The notes under the pieces are model-generated. The model ran no database searches and was not told the origin of the DNA. It was given only the letters and a program-made list of their open reading frames with translations. Both the position numbers and the translations under genes were made by a program. From the sequence record MZ443769.1: a stretch of DNA of 64,000 bases. One strand, given 5' to 3'. This document shows, piece after piece, positions 62,592 to 64,000 of the stretch (its first letter is position 1; each line of letters starts with the position of its first letter).

Positions 62592-64000
62592 TTACGCGAT
62601 ACCTGAACCAGGGTTCGTAGAACCGTAGGTCAGTTTAAACGTATAGGCCAGACTATCGAATGGGAAGTCGTTACGATAGATAACGTAATCGACACCGTTG
62701 ATCTGCACTTCTGCTGGACCAGCAAAGTTGAAGTCATCAAACTCCAACGCACCATCCCAAGAACCTGCAAAGCCCTGCGCGGATTCGACGAAGTAACCAT
62801 AGCCGAGAGACTTAGGCCAAGCTACATAGAAGAACACGTTGTTCGATGCGGTACTTGTATTCGCTGGACAGTTCAGCAACTGTTGACCAGTAGTCGTCAA
62901 CTGCGTAGCCAGAGACTGTACGAACTGAGCATCATAACCAGATACGGCTTTCACTTTCGCATGAGAACCGAAGCGAGCGCCCAAGTCAGATACCTGCTCT
63001 TTCTTCACAGTAACGTCTTTGGTTGCTGTCACAGTCTTACCGTTCTGAGTATAAGAAACAGTAATCGTCACAACAGCATCAGCAGTCACAGCACCAGTTA
63101 CCAGAGAACCACCAACAACGGTCAGTGGACTTACTGTACCAGACTTAACAGCTACAGACCATGAGGCAGTAGTCGTCACATCAGGTGTTGTACCGTCAGA
63201 CAGAGTTGCAGTAGCAGTGTACGCAGTAGTAACGCCACCGATAACGCTCGTAGGTCCGTTGATAGTAACAGAGTCAGGAGTTGCAGGTGCTGGCGTGTTT
63301 GTCACAGTCAGGGTTGCTGTCTGCGCTACACCGCCATACGATGCAGTACCTGTGATGATAGCGGTCTGAACAGTGCTCACAGTATTACCTGTGATAGTGT
63401 TGTTTCCGTTGAACGTGAACGCTGTAGTAGAACCAGAGCTACGTGTAATCACAGGAGTCAGGTCAGACGTTGTACCGCTTGAGAATGTCAGGCGAAGAAT
63501 GTAAGTACCAGTCTCACCTTTGTTCACAGCAGTCGGACCAATCAGCTCGCGCTTCGTGATCGTTTCAGCCTGATTGATAATCTGAATCGTTTTCTCAGGT
63601 GTGTACGTTGTACCCTCGATCGTCACAGCAGCAGCACGTAACGTAGCGGTCTGATTCTGCGTGATGGAGTTTGCAGGCACAGTCACTTTGATACGAGATG
63701 GCAGAGTACCGACAGACAGTTGAGCGTATGCACCACCCTGAGGTAATGACCACGATGGAGTTGATGCAACGTATTCAAACGTTGTACCTGACAGACGTGT
63801 AGCACGAACGAGATACTCACCAGCAACGCTACCCTCAGTCACAGTATCTGGACCGATGATTTCAACTGTGCTTACTGTATCAGTAGGACCAGTAACGGTG
63901 AACGACACGCTACCTGTCTTAGACACAGCACCAACAGTCGCAGCAACAGAGAGCTGGAATGTCAGAGTACCGTAGAAGCCGGTCAGTGCTTTCTTAACGC
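62592..64000 (-). CDS. Ig-repeat (Big_2-like) virion protein, 5' end outside the window (partial)
   Basis: The frame stays open from 63926 to the window edge (VKKALTGFYGTLTF...). Thr/Val-rich repeats (VTINGPTSV...YTATATLSDG). C-terminal domain shared with the 1508-aa wedge protein. Confidence 0.85.
   Translation of the reverse strand, partial: VKKALTGFYGTLTFQLSVAATVGAVSKTGSVSFTVTGPTDTVSTVEIIGPDTVTEGSVAGEYLVRATRLSGTTFEYVASTPSWSLPQGGAYAQLSVGTLPSRIKVTVPANSITQNQTATLRAAAVTIEGTTYTPEKTIQIINQAETITKRELIGPTAVNKGETGTYILRLTFSSGTTSDLTPVITRSSGSTTAFTFNGNNTITGNTVSTVQTAIITGTASYGGVAQTATLTVTNTPAPATPDSVTINGPTSVIGGVTTAYTATATLSDGTTPDVTTTASWSVAVKSGTVSPLTVVGGSLVTGAVTADAVVTITVSYTQNGKTVTATKDVTVKKEQVSDLGARFGSHAKVKAVSGYDAQFVQSLATQLTTTGQQLLNCPANTSTASNNVFFYVAWPKSLGYGYFVESAQGFAGSWDGALEFDDFNFAGPAEVQINGVDYVIYRNDFPFDSLAYTFKLTYGSTNPGSGIA

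Noticed and set aside
1-64000. tRNA or rRNA genes and stop-codon reassignment
   Set aside because: No cloverleaf with a T-loop was noticed in the intergenic gaps. Conserved genes (sheath, ligase, tmk) are full length in the standard code.

Overview
This window is the virion morphogenesis region of a jumbo contractile-tailed (myo) dsDNA phage. Essentially every supported gene is on the minus strand, densely packed, in the standard genetic code. In transcription order (right to left) it contains: Ig-rich and paralogous virion proteins, an NAD+-dependent DNA ligase, a GT2-TPR glycosyltransferase, prohead protease, metallopeptidase, Zn-finger/acidic scaffold, decoration and major capsid proteins, tail sheath and tubes, baseplate chaperones, a tape-measure-position protein with a VgrG3-like muramidase domain, LysM, hub and spike genes, an accessory island (papain-fold protein, NUDIX, MmcB-like nuclease, thymidylate kinase), an approximately 0.9 kb ORF-free and highly self-complementary interval, PAAR, gp25, wedge and fibre genes, four collagen-like fibre paralogues (one ending in an intact Hint/intein-like domain), and a membrane/periplasmic cassette. 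From recall of families, not a database search, the layout resembles the hairy Erwinia/Dickeya jumbo myoviruses (Y3, Alexandra, JA11, AD1 type; RSL1-related). The best leads are (1) a candidate large structured ncRNA at about 22.5-23.35 kb, (2) a modular collagen fibre system with a splicing-competent-looking Hint domain, conserved cysteines and a nearby protein glycosyltransferase, (3) a recurring S-E-S motif marking head proteins and possibly packaged enzymes, (4) a phage-encoded periplasmic sensor-like domain, and (5) a CTAATTT late-promoter-like motif. All family assignments come from motifs read by eye; no HMM, BLAST or folding was run.
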